DNA of 64,000 nucleotides from an uncultured Prevotellaceae bacterium (lineage in GTDB: Bacteria > Bacteroidota > Bacteroidia > Bacteroidales > Muribaculaceae): the NCBI GenBank assembly GCA_900320055.1, contig ONQS01000012.1:15282-79281 (forward strand). The letters are read 5' to 3'. Below are positions 48,056 through 58,177 of the stretch, piece after piece. Position 1 is the first letter of the stretch. Each line of letters opens with the position of its first letter. The notes under the pieces are model-generated. The model was not told the DNA's origin and made no database searches. It saw only the letters and a list, made by a program, of their open reading frames with translations. Both the position numbers and the translations under genes were made by a program.

Positions 48056-48976
48056 ATGAGTGAAGGACAAAAAGACACCATCAAGACCCGCGCCATCAGC
48101 ATTGCGTTTATTGTGATGGCGCTAGCGGTCTTCAAGCCCTTTGGACTTGAAGCGTGGCAATGGATGGGCATGGCCCACTTGTTGGCGATCTTCCTGTTGG
48201 GCGCTTTGAGTTGCTTGCTGACCGAGGTCATCTTGAAGCATGTCGTCAGGAAGCCCAGGTCTCTCGAGCGCGGTGTCGATTATATCATCAGTCGTAACCT
48301 GTGGTTCCAACTCATCAACACTCCGATCATCTCGCTGTTGATTTGCCTGTACCGCCATTTTGTGATGAGCGACTTGGTGCCTGGCAATTTACTGTCATGG
48401 AGCAACTATTTTGAGACATTGCTCATTATCGCTTTTGGCTCTTTTGCCATCGGTCTGTACTGGCGCTTCAAGTTCCGCAGCCGCTACCTGGCCGCCAAAC
48501 TTGAAGAGACACGGCAATTGAATGAACACCTCAAGCGCATGCATGCAGCGACCGAGCATCAGGCCAAAGCGGCCACTGCCAACGGGCCCGTCAATCCTGC
48601 CCCAACAACCGGCCCTACGGTCCAGCCGCCTGCGACGATTACCCTGACGGGAACTACCAGCGAGACAGTGACACTGCAGATTTCCGACCTATTATATATA
48701 GAAGCGGTGGGCAACTATGTAAAAGTGTACCGGTTGAAGGACGGACAAGCGCATACCGATATGCTACGCGCCACATCCAAGCAGATCGAAGAAGAATTGC
48801 GCGACTACGTCACCATCGTGCGCTGCCACCGCGCGTTCCTGGTCAACCTGCGCCAAGTGGAACAGGTCATCACACGCTCAGGCACCATGCAGTTGCTCAT
48901 CAAGCACTGCAATGACAGCCTACCCGTCTCCCGCAGCAACATGGCCCAAGTCAAGAGTGCCATTAATGGCATGTGA
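48056..48976 (+). CDS. Membrane-anchored LytTR-family transcriptional regulator (4 TM + LytTR, no receiver domain)
   Basis: Four hydrophobic helices, a coiled coil, and LytTR motifs LLYIEAVGNYV, RCHRAFLVN and LPVSRS. Likely start MSEGQK, just after the TAACTTTG box (48040-48047). Confidence 0.88.
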   Translation: MSEGQKDTIKTRAISIAFIVMALAVFKPFGLEAWQWMGMAHLLAIFLLGALSCLLTEVILKHVVRKPRSLERGVDYIISRNLWFQLINTPIISLLICLYRHFVMSDLVPGNLLSWSNYFETLLIIAFGSFAIGLYWRFKFRSRYLAAKLEETRQLNEHLKRMHAATEHQAKAATANGPVNPAPTTGPTVQPPATITLTGTTSETVTLQISDLLYIEAVGNYVKVYRLKDGQAHTDMLRATSKQIEEELRDYVTIVRCHRAFLVNLRQVEQVITRSGTMQLLIKHCNDSLPVSRSNMAQVKSAINGM

Positions 48977-48994
48977 ACACACCAGCCTGGATAT

Positions 48995-49035
48995 AAAAAA
49001 CAACGTCGCGGCGCCATCCATGATGACACCGCGAC
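48995..49035 (-). terminator. Terminator between convergent LytTR and phosphatase genes
   Basis: GTCGCGG...CCGCGAC stem followed by GTTGTTTTTT on the minus strand. Confidence 0.65.
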
Positions 49036-49066
49036 TATGATGTGATAATACCAGTAAACGAAATAA

Positions 49067-49810
49067 TCACCACGTGATTAAGTCGTTTTTGATCGTCGGT
49101 TCGATTTCTCTACTCAGTTTGCGCCACTCTTTGGAATTGAGATAATCCATGATGATGTGGGCATGCTTGATGTTGTGCATGTCGCTGCCCAGATAGTCAA
49201 TCATGCCATTGTGGGCAAACCACAAGGCGCTATCGCGAGCCTCCTCGCCAAAGTATCCCGTAAACGAGAGGATATTGACCTGGAACCGGGCACCTGCAGT
49301 GTGCAGTTGCTCATAGCGCTTGCGGCGACGGGAATAGTAGGAGTATCTTTCAGGATGCGCCAAGATGGTCTTATACCCCTTGACCTGCATATCAAAGAGC
49401 AAATCATCCAGATTCATCAGTTCCTGCTGGAAAGAATTCTCAAGCAAGATGTGATTGCCAGGCATGGGCAAGAGATGTCCGGCCTTGTATTCCTTGTCAA
49501 AATACTCGTCCATACGATACTCCGCGCTCACACACAACTCAACGTCAAGCCCGGCATCGGCCACGGCCTGCTTGAGCACTCGGAATGCCCTGGTGAGGCT
49601 CTCCTGCGTGTTCTCAAACGTGACGGCTGTCACATGCGAGGTGAGGATGATGCGGTTGATACCTATTTCCATTTCGGCACGGATCATATCCAACGACTGC
49701 TCCACCGACTGGGAACCATGATCCACTCCTGGCATGATATGACAATGCACGTCTGTGTGATAAAAGAGTTGAACCTGCTCCTTGTTATGCTTAAAGAGTT
49801 TACCAAACAT
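49067..49810 (-). CDS. CpsB/CapC-family PHP tyrosine-protein phosphatase
   Basis: TDVHCHIMPGVDHGS, LTSH, ILAHPERY and LGSDMH. Confidence 0.88.
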   Translation of the reverse strand: MFGKLFKHNKEQVQLFYHTDVHCHIMPGVDHGSQSVEQSLDMIRAEMEIGINRIILTSHVTAVTFENTQESLTRAFRVLKQAVADAGLDVELCVSAEYRMDEYFDKEYKAGHLLPMPGNHILLENSFQQELMNLDDLLFDMQVKGYKTILAHPERYSYYSRRRKRYEQLHTAGARFQVNILSFTGYFGEEARDSALWFAHNGMIDYLGSDMHNIKHAHIIMDYLNSKEWRKLSREIEPTIKNDLITW

Positions 49811-50071
49811 ATATATAATACAGCCCTTTCTTTCTTTTTTTTTCTAACTTCTAAACAGAATTGCAAAATTACTATTTTTTTTGAAACGCAACACCATTTA
49901 TTCCATATTTCGTCCTCAACAATTCATATAAATGCATTAAACAAGTTAAAAAACCGTAACCGAGCAAGAAAAAACCACCCACCCGAAACCCGCGACCGAA
50001 ATTATCTATAACTTTGCCCATTGTGAGTTGCACTACACTCCACATCAAGTAACTAGACAAAATTTAACGTT

Positions 50072-51418
50072 ATGAAAGTCATTATCGTAGGAGCAGGAGC
50101 CATCGGTGCTCACCTCGCCAACTTGTTTTCCAAGATCAGACAGGATATCGTGATCATCGATGATGATGAGGAAAAGTTAGAGCACATTCAAGCCAACTGC
50201 GACCTGATGACCCTACACGCGCCTTCCAACCCTCCCATCCAAGCGCTTAAGGACGCTGGCATAAAACACGCCGAACTATTCATTGCAGTGACTCCAGACG
50301 AGAACCTGAACGTGAACCTGTGTGTACTGGCTAAAGGGATGGGGGCTCAGCAAACAGTAGCCAAAGTCGAGAATGCCGAATTCCTTGACCCCATGATCGT
50401 CGAGGCATATCGGGCTGCCGGCATCACGTCTATCATCTATCCAGAAAATCTGGCTGCTCTTGACATCATCAACGGCCTGAAATTGTCTTGGGCTCGCCAG
50501 TACTGGGAAATCCATGATGGACTGCTCTCACTGCTGGGTATCAAAATCACAGAGCATTGCGAGATCCTCAACAGGCCCTTCAAGGAAATCTTATCCCCCG
50601 AATCCCCCTATCATGCCGTGGCCATCAAGCGTAACGAGATGACGCTCATTCCTTCGGGCGACGATATGCTCAAGTCGGATGACTTCGTCTATTTCATGAC
50701 CACTCGTGAACATGTGACGAGCCTCAAACACTTAATCAGCAAGGAGAATCCTCCGGAGGTGAAGAACATCATTATCATCGGAGGCGGGAAGACCGCAGTG
50801 AGGGTCGCGAATATGTTACCACAAGGCATGAAGGCCAAAATATTTGAAAGCGATCCGCACCGCTGCGAGCAACTCCTTGACCTCGTGGATACCAGCCGCG
50901 TGATTGTTATCAACGCTGATGGCCGCTCGGTAGCCAACCTGACGGAGGAAAACGTCAAGTCCGCACAAGCCTTTATCGCCCTTACAGGCAATGCCGAGGC
51001 CAACATTCTTGCATGTCTCACTGCCAAGCAACTGGGTGTGCACAAGACCATTGCCATGATCGAAAACATGGATTACATGGACATTGCAGGTAATATGGAT
51101 ATCGGTGTCGTCATCAACAAGCAGGCCCTCACCGCAAGTCATATCTACCAGTTACTGCTCAATGGCGATGTACGCAACATCCGCAACCTATTGACCGTCA
51201 ATGCCGAAGTTGCGGAGTTTACTGCACGGTCTGGCGCACGCATCACACACAGGAGAGTGCGCGATCTGAACTTCCCGCGAGAGGCCGAATTGGGAGGCTT
51301 GATCCGAGACGGCAAGGGTATGCTCGTAAATGGCGATACCCAGATTATGCCAGGCGATACTGTCGTCGTGTTTTGCCATGGAACAGAAATCAGTAATCTC
51401 GAGAAACACTTTTTCTGA
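50072..51418 (+). CDS. trkA: Trk potassium uptake NAD-binding subunit
   Basis: Two RCK_N domains (IIVGAGAIG, IIIGGGKTA) with RCK_C domains. A TAACTTTG box lies at 50009-50016. Confidence 0.92.
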   Translation: MKVIIVGAGAIGAHLANLFSKIRQDIVIIDDDEEKLEHIQANCDLMTLHAPSNPPIQALKDAGIKHAELFIAVTPDENLNVNLCVLAKGMGAQQTVAKVENAEFLDPMIVEAYRAAGITSIIYPENLAALDIINGLKLSWARQYWEIHDGLLSLLGIKITEHCEILNRPFKEILSPESPYHAVAIKRNEMTLIPSGDDMLKSDDFVYFMTTREHVTSLKHLISKENPPEVKNIIIIGGGKTAVRVANMLPQGMKAKIFESDPHRCEQLLDLVDTSRVIVINADGRSVANLTEENVKSAQAFIALTGNAEANILACLTAKQLGVHKTIAMIENMDYMDIAGNMDIGVVINKQALTASHIYQLLLNGDVRNIRNLLTVNAEVAEFTARSGARITHRRVRDLNFPREAELGGLIRDGKGMLVNGDTQIMPGDTVVVFCHGTEISNLEKHFF

Positions 51419-51428
51419 CCCTATCGAT

Positions 51429-52886
51429 ATGTTTAACAGTAGATTGATATTCAAAATATTGGGGACGCTGTTATGGATTGAGGCAGCCTTCATGTCGCCA
51501 AGCCTCATCCTAGCGATTCACTATGGTGAGAGCGATATGACAGCATTTGCGCTCACCATGAGCATCACCGCGCTGGCAGGTACTGTATTTTGGTTGCTGG
51601 GGCGCAGAGCGCCCAACGCCCTAAGCAGGCGTGACGCCTATCTGCTAGTGACCATCGTCTGGATTGCATTCGCCACATTGGGGATGTTACCATTTCTGAT
51701 TGGAGGCTATATCGATGGAGTCACCGATGCTTTCTTTGAAACTATGTCGGGATTCACAACCACAGGGGCTACCATCATCGATCGGGTCGAGGGGCTTCCT
51801 CATGGCATATTGTTTTGGCGGTCATTGACGCAATGGATCGGAGGCTTGGGTATCGTGTTCTTCACTATCGCTATCATTCCATCGTTTGTCGGCGGATCTG
51901 TCCAAATCTTTGCAGCCGAAGCCACGGGACCCATCAAGAGCAGAATGCACCCACGCCTCACCACAACTGCCAAGTCACTATGGGGCATCTATCTGCTGCT
52001 GACCATCACATGCGCCGTTTGCTTCGCTGTGTTCGGCATGAGCCCGTTTGATGCAGTCAACTATGCGATGACCATCACAGCCACAGGAGGATTTGCGACC
52101 CACGACGCCAGCACCGGTTACTTCCATAGTCCTGCTATCGACTACACAGCCATTGTGTTCATGTTTCTATCGGGAATGAGTTTCACGCTGCTCTATGCCG
52201 CCCTGTTCAAGGGTAAAATCAAAACGTTGCTCAGGAATGCCGAATTCCGCCTGTATGCAACGCTTGTGCTATCGTCGACCATTCTTATCGTCTATTTCAT
52301 ACTCAGGCACGACGACTACCAGGTATGCGATGCCATCCGCGTCGCCCTGTTCCAGGTCGTGTCGTTTATCACAACGACGGGGATGTTTAACGATGACGCC
52401 TCACAGTGGCACCACATCACGTGGGTAATACTGAGTCTGTGCATGTTTATCGGCGGTTGCGCAGGCAGCACCTCTGGTGGCTTCAAGTGCGCACGTGGGG
52501 TAATCGCCCTAAAAGTCCTTCGCAACGAGATCGGACACATGCTTCACCCCAAGGCTCTGTTGCCTGTAAAGGTCAACGGCTCAACCATTCACAGCCAAGG
52601 GCAGATCACACTTATGGCGTTTTTCCTCGCCTATATTGGGCTGTGCTTTACGGCCTATTTCATCATGATACTAGCAGGCGTGGACAGCACTAACTCCATC
52701 ACCATCGCCCTCAGTTGCGGCAGCAATGTGGGTCCCACCTTGGGACTCGAAATCGGTCCAACCATGTCATGGAGCATTCTGCCCGCTGGAGTCAAGTGGA
52801 TATTGTCGGCACTGATGCTGATGGGGCGTCTCGAGATATTTACCGTGCTGGTTATTTTCACCCCGTATTTTTGGAAAAAACACTGA
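51429..52886 (+). CDS. trkH: Trk potassium uptake membrane subunit
   Basis: FFETMSGFTTTGAT, TATGGF, ITTTG, GGCAGSTSGGFK and MLMGRLEIF. Likely start MFNSR. Confidence 0.92.
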   Translation: MFNSRLIFKILGTLLWIEAAFMSPSLILAIHYGESDMTAFALTMSITALAGTVFWLLGRRAPNALSRRDAYLLVTIVWIAFATLGMLPFLIGGYIDGVTDAFFETMSGFTTTGATIIDRVEGLPHGILFWRSLTQWIGGLGIVFFTIAIIPSFVGGSVQIFAAEATGPIKSRMHPRLTTTAKSLWGIYLLLTITCAVCFAVFGMSPFDAVNYAMTITATGGFATHDASTGYFHSPAIDYTAIVFMFLSGMSFTLLYAALFKGKIKTLLRNAEFRLYATLVLSSTILIVYFILRHDDYQVCDAIRVALFQVVSFITTTGMFNDDASQWHHITWVILSLCMFIGGCAGSTSGGFKCARGVIALKVLRNEIGHMLHPKALLPVKVNGSTIHSQGQITLMAFFLAYIGLCFTAYFIMILAGVDSTNSITIALSCGSNVGPTLGLEIGPTMSWSILPAGVKWILSALMLMGRLEIFTVLVIFTPYFWKKH

Positions 52887-53018
52887 TTTTCAAAAAAAAG
52901 CGAAAAAATTTTTCCAGTTCAAAAAAATCGTTGTACCTTTGCACGCCATTACAAAAAGAGGCGTTTACCACCGCCACAAGATTGTAAGTTTAACATTTTA
53001 AAGATATATCTAGACAAA

Positions 53019-53273
53019 ATGAAGAAAGATATCCATCCCAGCAACTATCGCGAGGTTGCTTTCAAGGACATGTCTAACGAGGAGGTTTTCATCACTCGCA
53101 GCACTGTTAACACCAAGGAGACCATCGAAATCGACGGTAAGACCTATCCTCTGGTAAAGCTCGAGATCACCAACACCTCGCACCCCTTCTTCACCGGCAA
53201 GCAGAAACTCGTCGACACCGCAGGTCGCGTGGACAAGTTCATGCAGCGCTACGGCAACCGCAAGAAGAAATAA
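53019..53273 (+). CDS. rpmE2: 50S ribosomal protein L31 type B
   Basis: [13 protein letters not shown]...[21 protein letters not shown] with no Zn-binding cysteines. A TACCTTTG box lies at 52934-52941. Confidence 0.95.
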   Translation: MKKDIHPSNYREVAFKDMSNEEVFITRSTVNTKETIEIDGKTYPLVKLEITNTSHPFFTGKQKLVDTAGRVDKFMQRYGNRKKK

Positions 53274-53330
53274 GACATCGACAAGACATCATGACCGCCG
53301 TGAGCGCTCGCGGCAGTTACTTCAAGACAC

Positions 53331-53375
53331 AGCGACGCGCCCTTCCCATCAAACAGGAGGGCGCGCCGCTTGTTT
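53331..53375. terminator. Terminator between rpmE2 and the convergent gene
   Basis: AGCG-CGCGCCCT-CC / GGAGGGCGCG-CGCT stem followed by TGTTT. Confidence 0.65.
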
Positions 53376-53407
53376 ATTGCCTATTGAGTCAGTCCTACCG
53401 AATGGTA

Positions 53408-54505
53408 TCAATCTGGCAGGAACATCGTCTGCAATGACTCTAACATGTTTGTGAGTGAATTCTCGATGCCCAAGTGGCCACATACCGCTGTTGTCAACAG
53501 CAGTGCAGCCACAGCAAACAGCGGGCGCATCAGCATCCTCGACCAAGCCACGCCTTCACGCCAGGGCTTGGTGTTAATCAGCAAAACAAATTCCAATGCC
53601 GCCCACAACATTGCAAGATGGTCAACGCCACCCAACAGATATTTGACACTCATGGACCAATCTCCCACAAAAAGACTATAGCACAAACCACCGATGCGAA
53701 CCAGCACCTTGGCAACAGCAACAGCCAGAAAGATAGCGGCCACGATTCGCCACAGCGTTCCCCACCAGCCGTAGCCGAACAGTTGCTTGTAGTCACACCA
53801 CAGCATGAGCGGCAGCACAAGCATTAGCATAAAACCTGCCGCCTCATCTCCACTGCCCGACAACGGGGTAATCAAGTCGAACACCAGTGTCACAATCAAC
53901 ATGTACAGCAGGAACTGCACTCCGATAAACACTTGGACGAAGAACCCTTGCGGCAAGGTGTGGCGAGGCAAACGTGGGGCTGTGCGGAACAGAAACCACA
54001 CTGGCACGATAAACAGCGAGAAACTCGCGAGCACCGCCCACTCGATGTGATCACTCATCCAGTTATAGAAGTCGCCCAACAGGAAGTTCTGTACCGCATT
54101 ATTGCCTGTCTCATCTTCGACTGAAGGCTCAAAACCAATCCCCAGCAAACCATAGACCAGCACCACAAGCAAAGCCATGACAACCAGCATCTTGACCGGC
54201 GGGAAACTTACCTGACGCTTGCCGCTGATGTAGTCACGTATCAGGTAACCCGGGCGCCACAGCAGTTGCCACAGCGTGTAAGGCAGCGAGCGGGTGCCCA
54301 CGCCCCACACGTCCATGATGCCCTGCCAAACACTCTGCCAGGTAATGGGGCCATAGACGGCCTTCTGCCCGCAGCGGGGGCAGTAATTGTTATCACTCTC
54401 TGCGCCGCAGTTGCAGCATCCATGATGCTCATGCGTGTCATGATAGTCAAACGGCTGCTGCTGCCAGTGGCGAAATTGACGGTATTTTTCCTTGAGCAAA
54501 CTCAT
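53408..54505 (-). CDS. DUF3667-domain membrane protein
   Basis: Zinc-ribbon CCNCG...NYCPRCGQ, TLWQLLWRPGYLIRDYISGKR...PPVK, then multiple TM helices. Confidence 0.85.
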   Translation of the reverse strand: MSLLKEKYRQFRHWQQQPFDYHDTHEHHGCCNCGAESDNNYCPRCGQKAVYGPITWQSVWQGIMDVWGVGTRSLPYTLWQLLWRPGYLIRDYISGKRQVSFPPVKMLVVMALLVVLVYGLLGIGFEPSVEDETGNNAVQNFLLGDFYNWMSDHIEWAVLASFSLFIVPVWFLFRTAPRLPRHTLPQGFFVQVFIGVQFLLYMLIVTLVFDLITPLSGSGDEAAGFMLMLVLPLMLWCDYKQLFGYGWWGTLWRIVAAIFLAVAVAKVLVRIGGLCYSLFVGDWSMSVKYLLGGVDHLAMLWAALEFVLLINTKPWREGVAWSRMLMRPLFAVAALLLTTAVCGHLGIENSLTNMLESLQTMFLPD

Positions 54506-55122
54506 TGGCCAGATTCGATCATATTGTCATCAACAGCGACGGCAGAATTTTCAACAATCTGATTATCGGTTGGTTGTGCAACCGGACGACGCCCGCGACG
54601 CTCGGCAAGATACTCTTGCAGGCTGGTGAAGTTGAACAGCAGCAGGCAGATGCCCGTCACCAGCACAACGGTCGAGACGTTACCACGCAACGACGGCACC
54701 ATCAGTGATAACAAACCGCACATAGTCACCACAACAGGGCACAGAAAATACCACCCCTTAACATGCAGGCTATTGCGCGACAGCAGCAGGTAGATGATGT
54801 GAAACAGTCCCAAAACCACCAGCAGAATGCCCATGAGCAGTTGCAGAATCTCGTCGAACTTATCGGGCTTGGCCATCATCACAATGCCGAAGCACAATCC
54901 GCCCACAGCGGGCAGCACGCCCAGATAATCCGCGCTGGTTCGGGCATCGGCATGGCGAACGGCTACCATAATAAGGTAGGCGGCAGCAGGCAGCACAAAC
55001 ATGGCCCCCATCACACGACATCCCCATTGCAAGATGTTAGGGACATTGTAAAACACGATAAGGATTATGCCCGCGAGCAGCAAGATCACATTAGTAAGAA
55101 GGTTAATACTTATCTTTTTCAT
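54502..55122 (-). CDS. HdeD/DUF308-like multi-TM membrane protein
   Basis: About six TM helices; likely start MKKISIN; overlaps the DUF3667 start by 4 nt. Confidence 0.7.
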   Translation of the reverse strand: MKKISINLLTNVILLLAGIILIVFYNVPNILQWGCRVMGAMFVLPAAAYLIMVAVRHADARTSADYLGVLPAVGGLCFGIVMMAKPDKFDEILQLLMGILLVVLGLFHIIYLLLSRNSLHVKGWYFLCPVVVTMCGLLSLMVPSLRGNVSTVVLVTGICLLLFNFTSLQEYLAERRGRRPVAQPTDNQIVENSAVAVDDNMIESGQ

Positions 55123-55230
55123 TAGTTTCTGTATGGTTAATTGACACTTGTTAATAATTTTTCCACAAAAATATTTCAAAATCACTTAGTTCACAAATAA
55201 AACACACAAAAAAGTATTATCTTTGCGTGT

Positions 55231-56136
55231 ATGGAAGAAAAGCGCAGGCACATACTCGTGATCGTGAACCCAGTGTCCGGCACAGGTAACAAAGACAAGA
55301 TACCTCGCCTGATAGATAATGTGGTAGATCATAGCCATACCGATGTGAGTATCCTTGCCACGGAGTACCCTGGACATGCCCACGAGATAGCGGAACAGGC
55401 TGTTGCCGACGGCATCGACACCGTGGTGGCCGTGGGCGGCGACGGCACCGTCAACGAAGTGGGCAGCGCCCTATGCGGAACCAGCACCGCACTTGCCATT
55501 GTTCCCTGTGGTTCAGGCAATGGTCTGGCACGCCACCTGCGCATTCCCACCAATGCCAGTCGAGCCCTGCAAGTGCTCAACAATGGCATAGTGGGCACAT
55601 TTGACTATTGCACAGTCAATGGTAAGCCATTTTTCTGCACTTGCGGCATGGGCTTTGACGCCGCAGTCAGTTACAAGTTTTCCAACGAGGGCACCCGAGG
55701 CTTTATCACCTATATCAAAACGGCGCTCACCGAGTACATCAAGTTCAAGCCCCAAGAGTACGTCATCGACATCGATGGCAAGACGATGAGTGAGAAAGCC
55801 TTTGTCATCGCTTGCTGCAATGCGGCACAATATGGCAACAACGCCTATATCGCTCCAAGAGCCACCATGCAGGATGGATTGATCGATGTCACGGTGATGC
55901 ACCCGTTCAATATTGTCGAGAGTCCGCTGATTGGCGCACGTCTGTTTCTGCGCCAACTGGGGCAGGACCATCACGTGAGCATCTATCGCGGGCAGCGCGT
56001 GGTAATCGAGCGACGCCGCGACGATATCATGCACATCGACGGTGACCCGGTGATGATGCCCGCCCGCATCGTGATCGAGAGTATCAAGCATGGCATCAAC
56101 ATACTAGTACCAAAGACCATACCTGACGACGTATGA
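55231..56136 (+). CDS. Diacylglycerol-kinase-family (YegS/BmrU) lipid kinase
   Basis: VNPVSG, VAVGGDGTVNEV, PCGSGNGLARHL, GMGFDA and HIDGD. A TATCTTTG box lies at 55218-55225. Confidence 0.92.
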   Translation: MEEKRRHILVIVNPVSGTGNKDKIPRLIDNVVDHSHTDVSILATEYPGHAHEIAEQAVADGIDTVVAVGGDGTVNEVGSALCGTSTALAIVPCGSGNGLARHLRIPTNASRALQVLNNGIVGTFDYCTVNGKPFFCTCGMGFDAAVSYKFSNEGTRGFITYIKTALTEYIKFKPQEYVIDIDGKTMSEKAFVIACCNAAQYGNNAYIAPRATMQDGLIDVTVMHPFNIVESPLIGARLFLRQLGQDHHVSIYRGQRVVIERRRDDIMHIDGDPVMMPARIVIESIKHGINILVPKTIPDDV

Positions 56137-56192
56137 AACCTGCCTTGCGACATAACCGAATGAACTGAAAAAACTAAATAACATTAGCGACA

Positions 56193-58151
56193 ATGAGTTA
56201 TCTGAAATTTGATAAAAACCTGATGATCAACCTTGAGCAGTCACTGCCCAAGGAGATGCTGCGCACCAATCAGTCGGGGGCCTATCACTGCACCACCATT
56301 GTTGGCTGCAACACCCGCAAGCAGCACGGCCTGCTGGTCATTCCCATCCCATCGCTCGACGACAGCAACCACGTGCTGCTGTCCTCGCTCGACGAGACGG
56401 TCATACAGCACGGAGCGCCGTTCAACCTGGGATTGCACCGCTACAAGGGTGGCACCTATAGCCCCAACGGACATAAATACATCCGCGAGTATGACTGTGA
56501 GCGCGTCCCCACCACCACCTATCGCGTGGGCGGTGTGATTCTCAAGAAGGAGAAAATCTTTATCACCCATGAGAACCGCATCCTCATCCGCTACACACTG
56601 GTCGACGCCCACTCGGCTACCACCTTGCAGTTCAGACCCTTCCTGGCCTTCCGCAACGCCAACGACCTGTGTGTCGAGAATGCAGTTGCCAGCCGTGATT
56701 ACCAGGAAGTTTCTAATGGTATCGCCACCTGCATGTATGACGGCTACCCCACTCTGTACATGCAGATGAACCACAAGCCCCGCTTTGTGTTTGACCCGCA
56801 CTGGTACAAGAACATTGAGTATATCAAGGACCAGGAGCGCGGCATTCCCTATAGCGAAGACCTGTATGTGCCTGGCTACTTCGAGGTTGAGATCAAGAAG
56901 GGTGAGCCCCTGATCTTCTCGGCTGGAGTCGAAGAGGTCAACACCAGGACACTGACCAAGATGTATGAGGACGAAATCAAGCCTCGCACGCCTCGCACGA
57001 GTTTCTATAATTGCATGAAGAACAGCGCCAAGCAGTTCTACATCACTAATGCCGAGGGACACTACCTGCTCGCAGGCTATCCCTGGTTCAAGATTCGCGC
57101 CCGCGACGAGTTTATCGCGCTGCCTGGATGCACCTTGTCGGTGCACCATCGCCAGGACTTCGAACTCATCATGGACACTGCCCAGCGTGCCCTCAACGAC
57201 TGGATGCGCGACGGCACCCTGGACAAGCACCTCGATGGATTGGAACTGCCCGACATCCCCCTGTGGGCCATCTGGGCCGTGCAGCGCTACGCTCATGACC
57301 TGAATGCCGAGGCCGCACGAGAGCGTTATGGCCAACTGGTCAAAGACCTCATCAACTTTATCGCCGACGGCCGCCATCCTAACTTGAAGTTGGAGAAGAA
57401 CGGCTTGGTTTCCACCGACGGCACCAAGCGCCCCGTCTCATGGATGAACAGCACTCATCCCGACGGCACGCCGCTGATTCCGCGCACAGGCTACCTGGTC
57501 GAGTTCAATGCCCTGTGGTACAATGCACTCATGTTTGCCGTCAAGGAACTCTTCGGTGAGATTGAAGAGGAAAAGGCATTTGTTGAGCGCTGCAACCAGA
57601 TTGCCGACACGTGCAAGACAACCTTCATCGAGACATTCATGACCGACTATGGCTACCTGTATGACTATGTGAACGGCAGTTATACCGACCTGAGTGTGCG
57701 TCCCAACATGATTATCGCAGCCGCAACCGACTATAGTCCGCTGGACCGTCGCCAACGCAAGCGCGTGCTTGACATCACCACACGCGAGTTACTGACACCC
57801 AAGGGATTGCGCACATTAAGCCCCAACAGTTACGGATACATCCCCTGGTATCTGGGCACCCCCGAGGAGCGCCAGACCGCCTATTATGCCGGCAGTGCCC
57901 GTCCCTGGCTGATGGACTTCTACAGCAAGGCCTACATCCGCGTGTTCGGCCTGAACAGCATCTCATTTATCGAGCGCATGATGATTGGCTTTGAGGATGA
58001 GATGAAGGAAGGCTGTATCGGCTCGCTGAGCGAACTCTACGATGGCAACCCGCCCTTTATCGGCCGTGGCGCCGTAAGTTTTGCTCCCAACGTGGGCGGC
58101 ATCCTGCGTGTGCTGCGCACCTTTAAGAATCTGCACATCATCGACATGTAA
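56193..58151 (+). CDS. Glycogen debranching enzyme (amylo-alpha-1,6-glucosidase, GDE_N + GDE_C)
   Basis: GCNTRKQHGLL, LLAGYPWF...RDEFIAL, GYLVEFNALWYNAL, VRPNMI and SLSELYDG. Confidence 0.88.
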   Translation: MSYLKFDKNLMINLEQSLPKEMLRTNQSGAYHCTTIVGCNTRKQHGLLVIPIPSLDDSNHVLLSSLDETVIQHGAPFNLGLHRYKGGTYSPNGHKYIREYDCERVPTTTYRVGGVILKKEKIFITHENRILIRYTLVDAHSATTLQFRPFLAFRNANDLCVENAVASRDYQEVSNGIATCMYDGYPTLYMQMNHKPRFVFDPHWYKNIEYIKDQERGIPYSEDLYVPGYFEVEIKKGEPLIFSAGVEEVNTRTLTKMYEDEIKPRTPRTSFYNCMKNSAKQFYITNAEGHYLLAGYPWFKIRARDEFIALPGCTLSVHHRQDFELIMDTAQRALNDWMRDGTLDKHLDGLELPDIPLWAIWAVQRYAHDLNAEAARERYGQLVKDLINFIADGRHPNLKLEKNGLVSTDGTKRPVSWMNSTHPDGTPLIPRTGYLVEFNALWYNALMFAVKELFGEIEEEKAFVERCNQIADTCKTTFIETFMTDYGYLYDYVNGSYTDLSVRPNMIIAAATDYSPLDRRQRKRVLDITTRELLTPKGLRTLSPNSYGYIPWYLGTPEERQTAYYAGSARPWLMDFYSKAYIRVFGLNSISFIERMMIGFEDEMKEGCIGSLSELYDGNPPFIGRGAVSFAPNVGGILRVLRTFKNLHIIDM

Positions 58152-58177
58152 ATCATCAGAGAGGAGGAAAAAGAGAT

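Noticed and set aside
41957-48976. Accessory block as a bounded mobile element
   Set aside because: I found no integrase, transposase, relaxase, tRNA target or terminal direct repeats by eye.
53019-53273. Zinc-free L31 as a sign of zinc-starvation paralog switching
   Set aside because: Type B L31 is, to my knowledge, the standard form in Bacteroidota, and I saw no Zur-like site.
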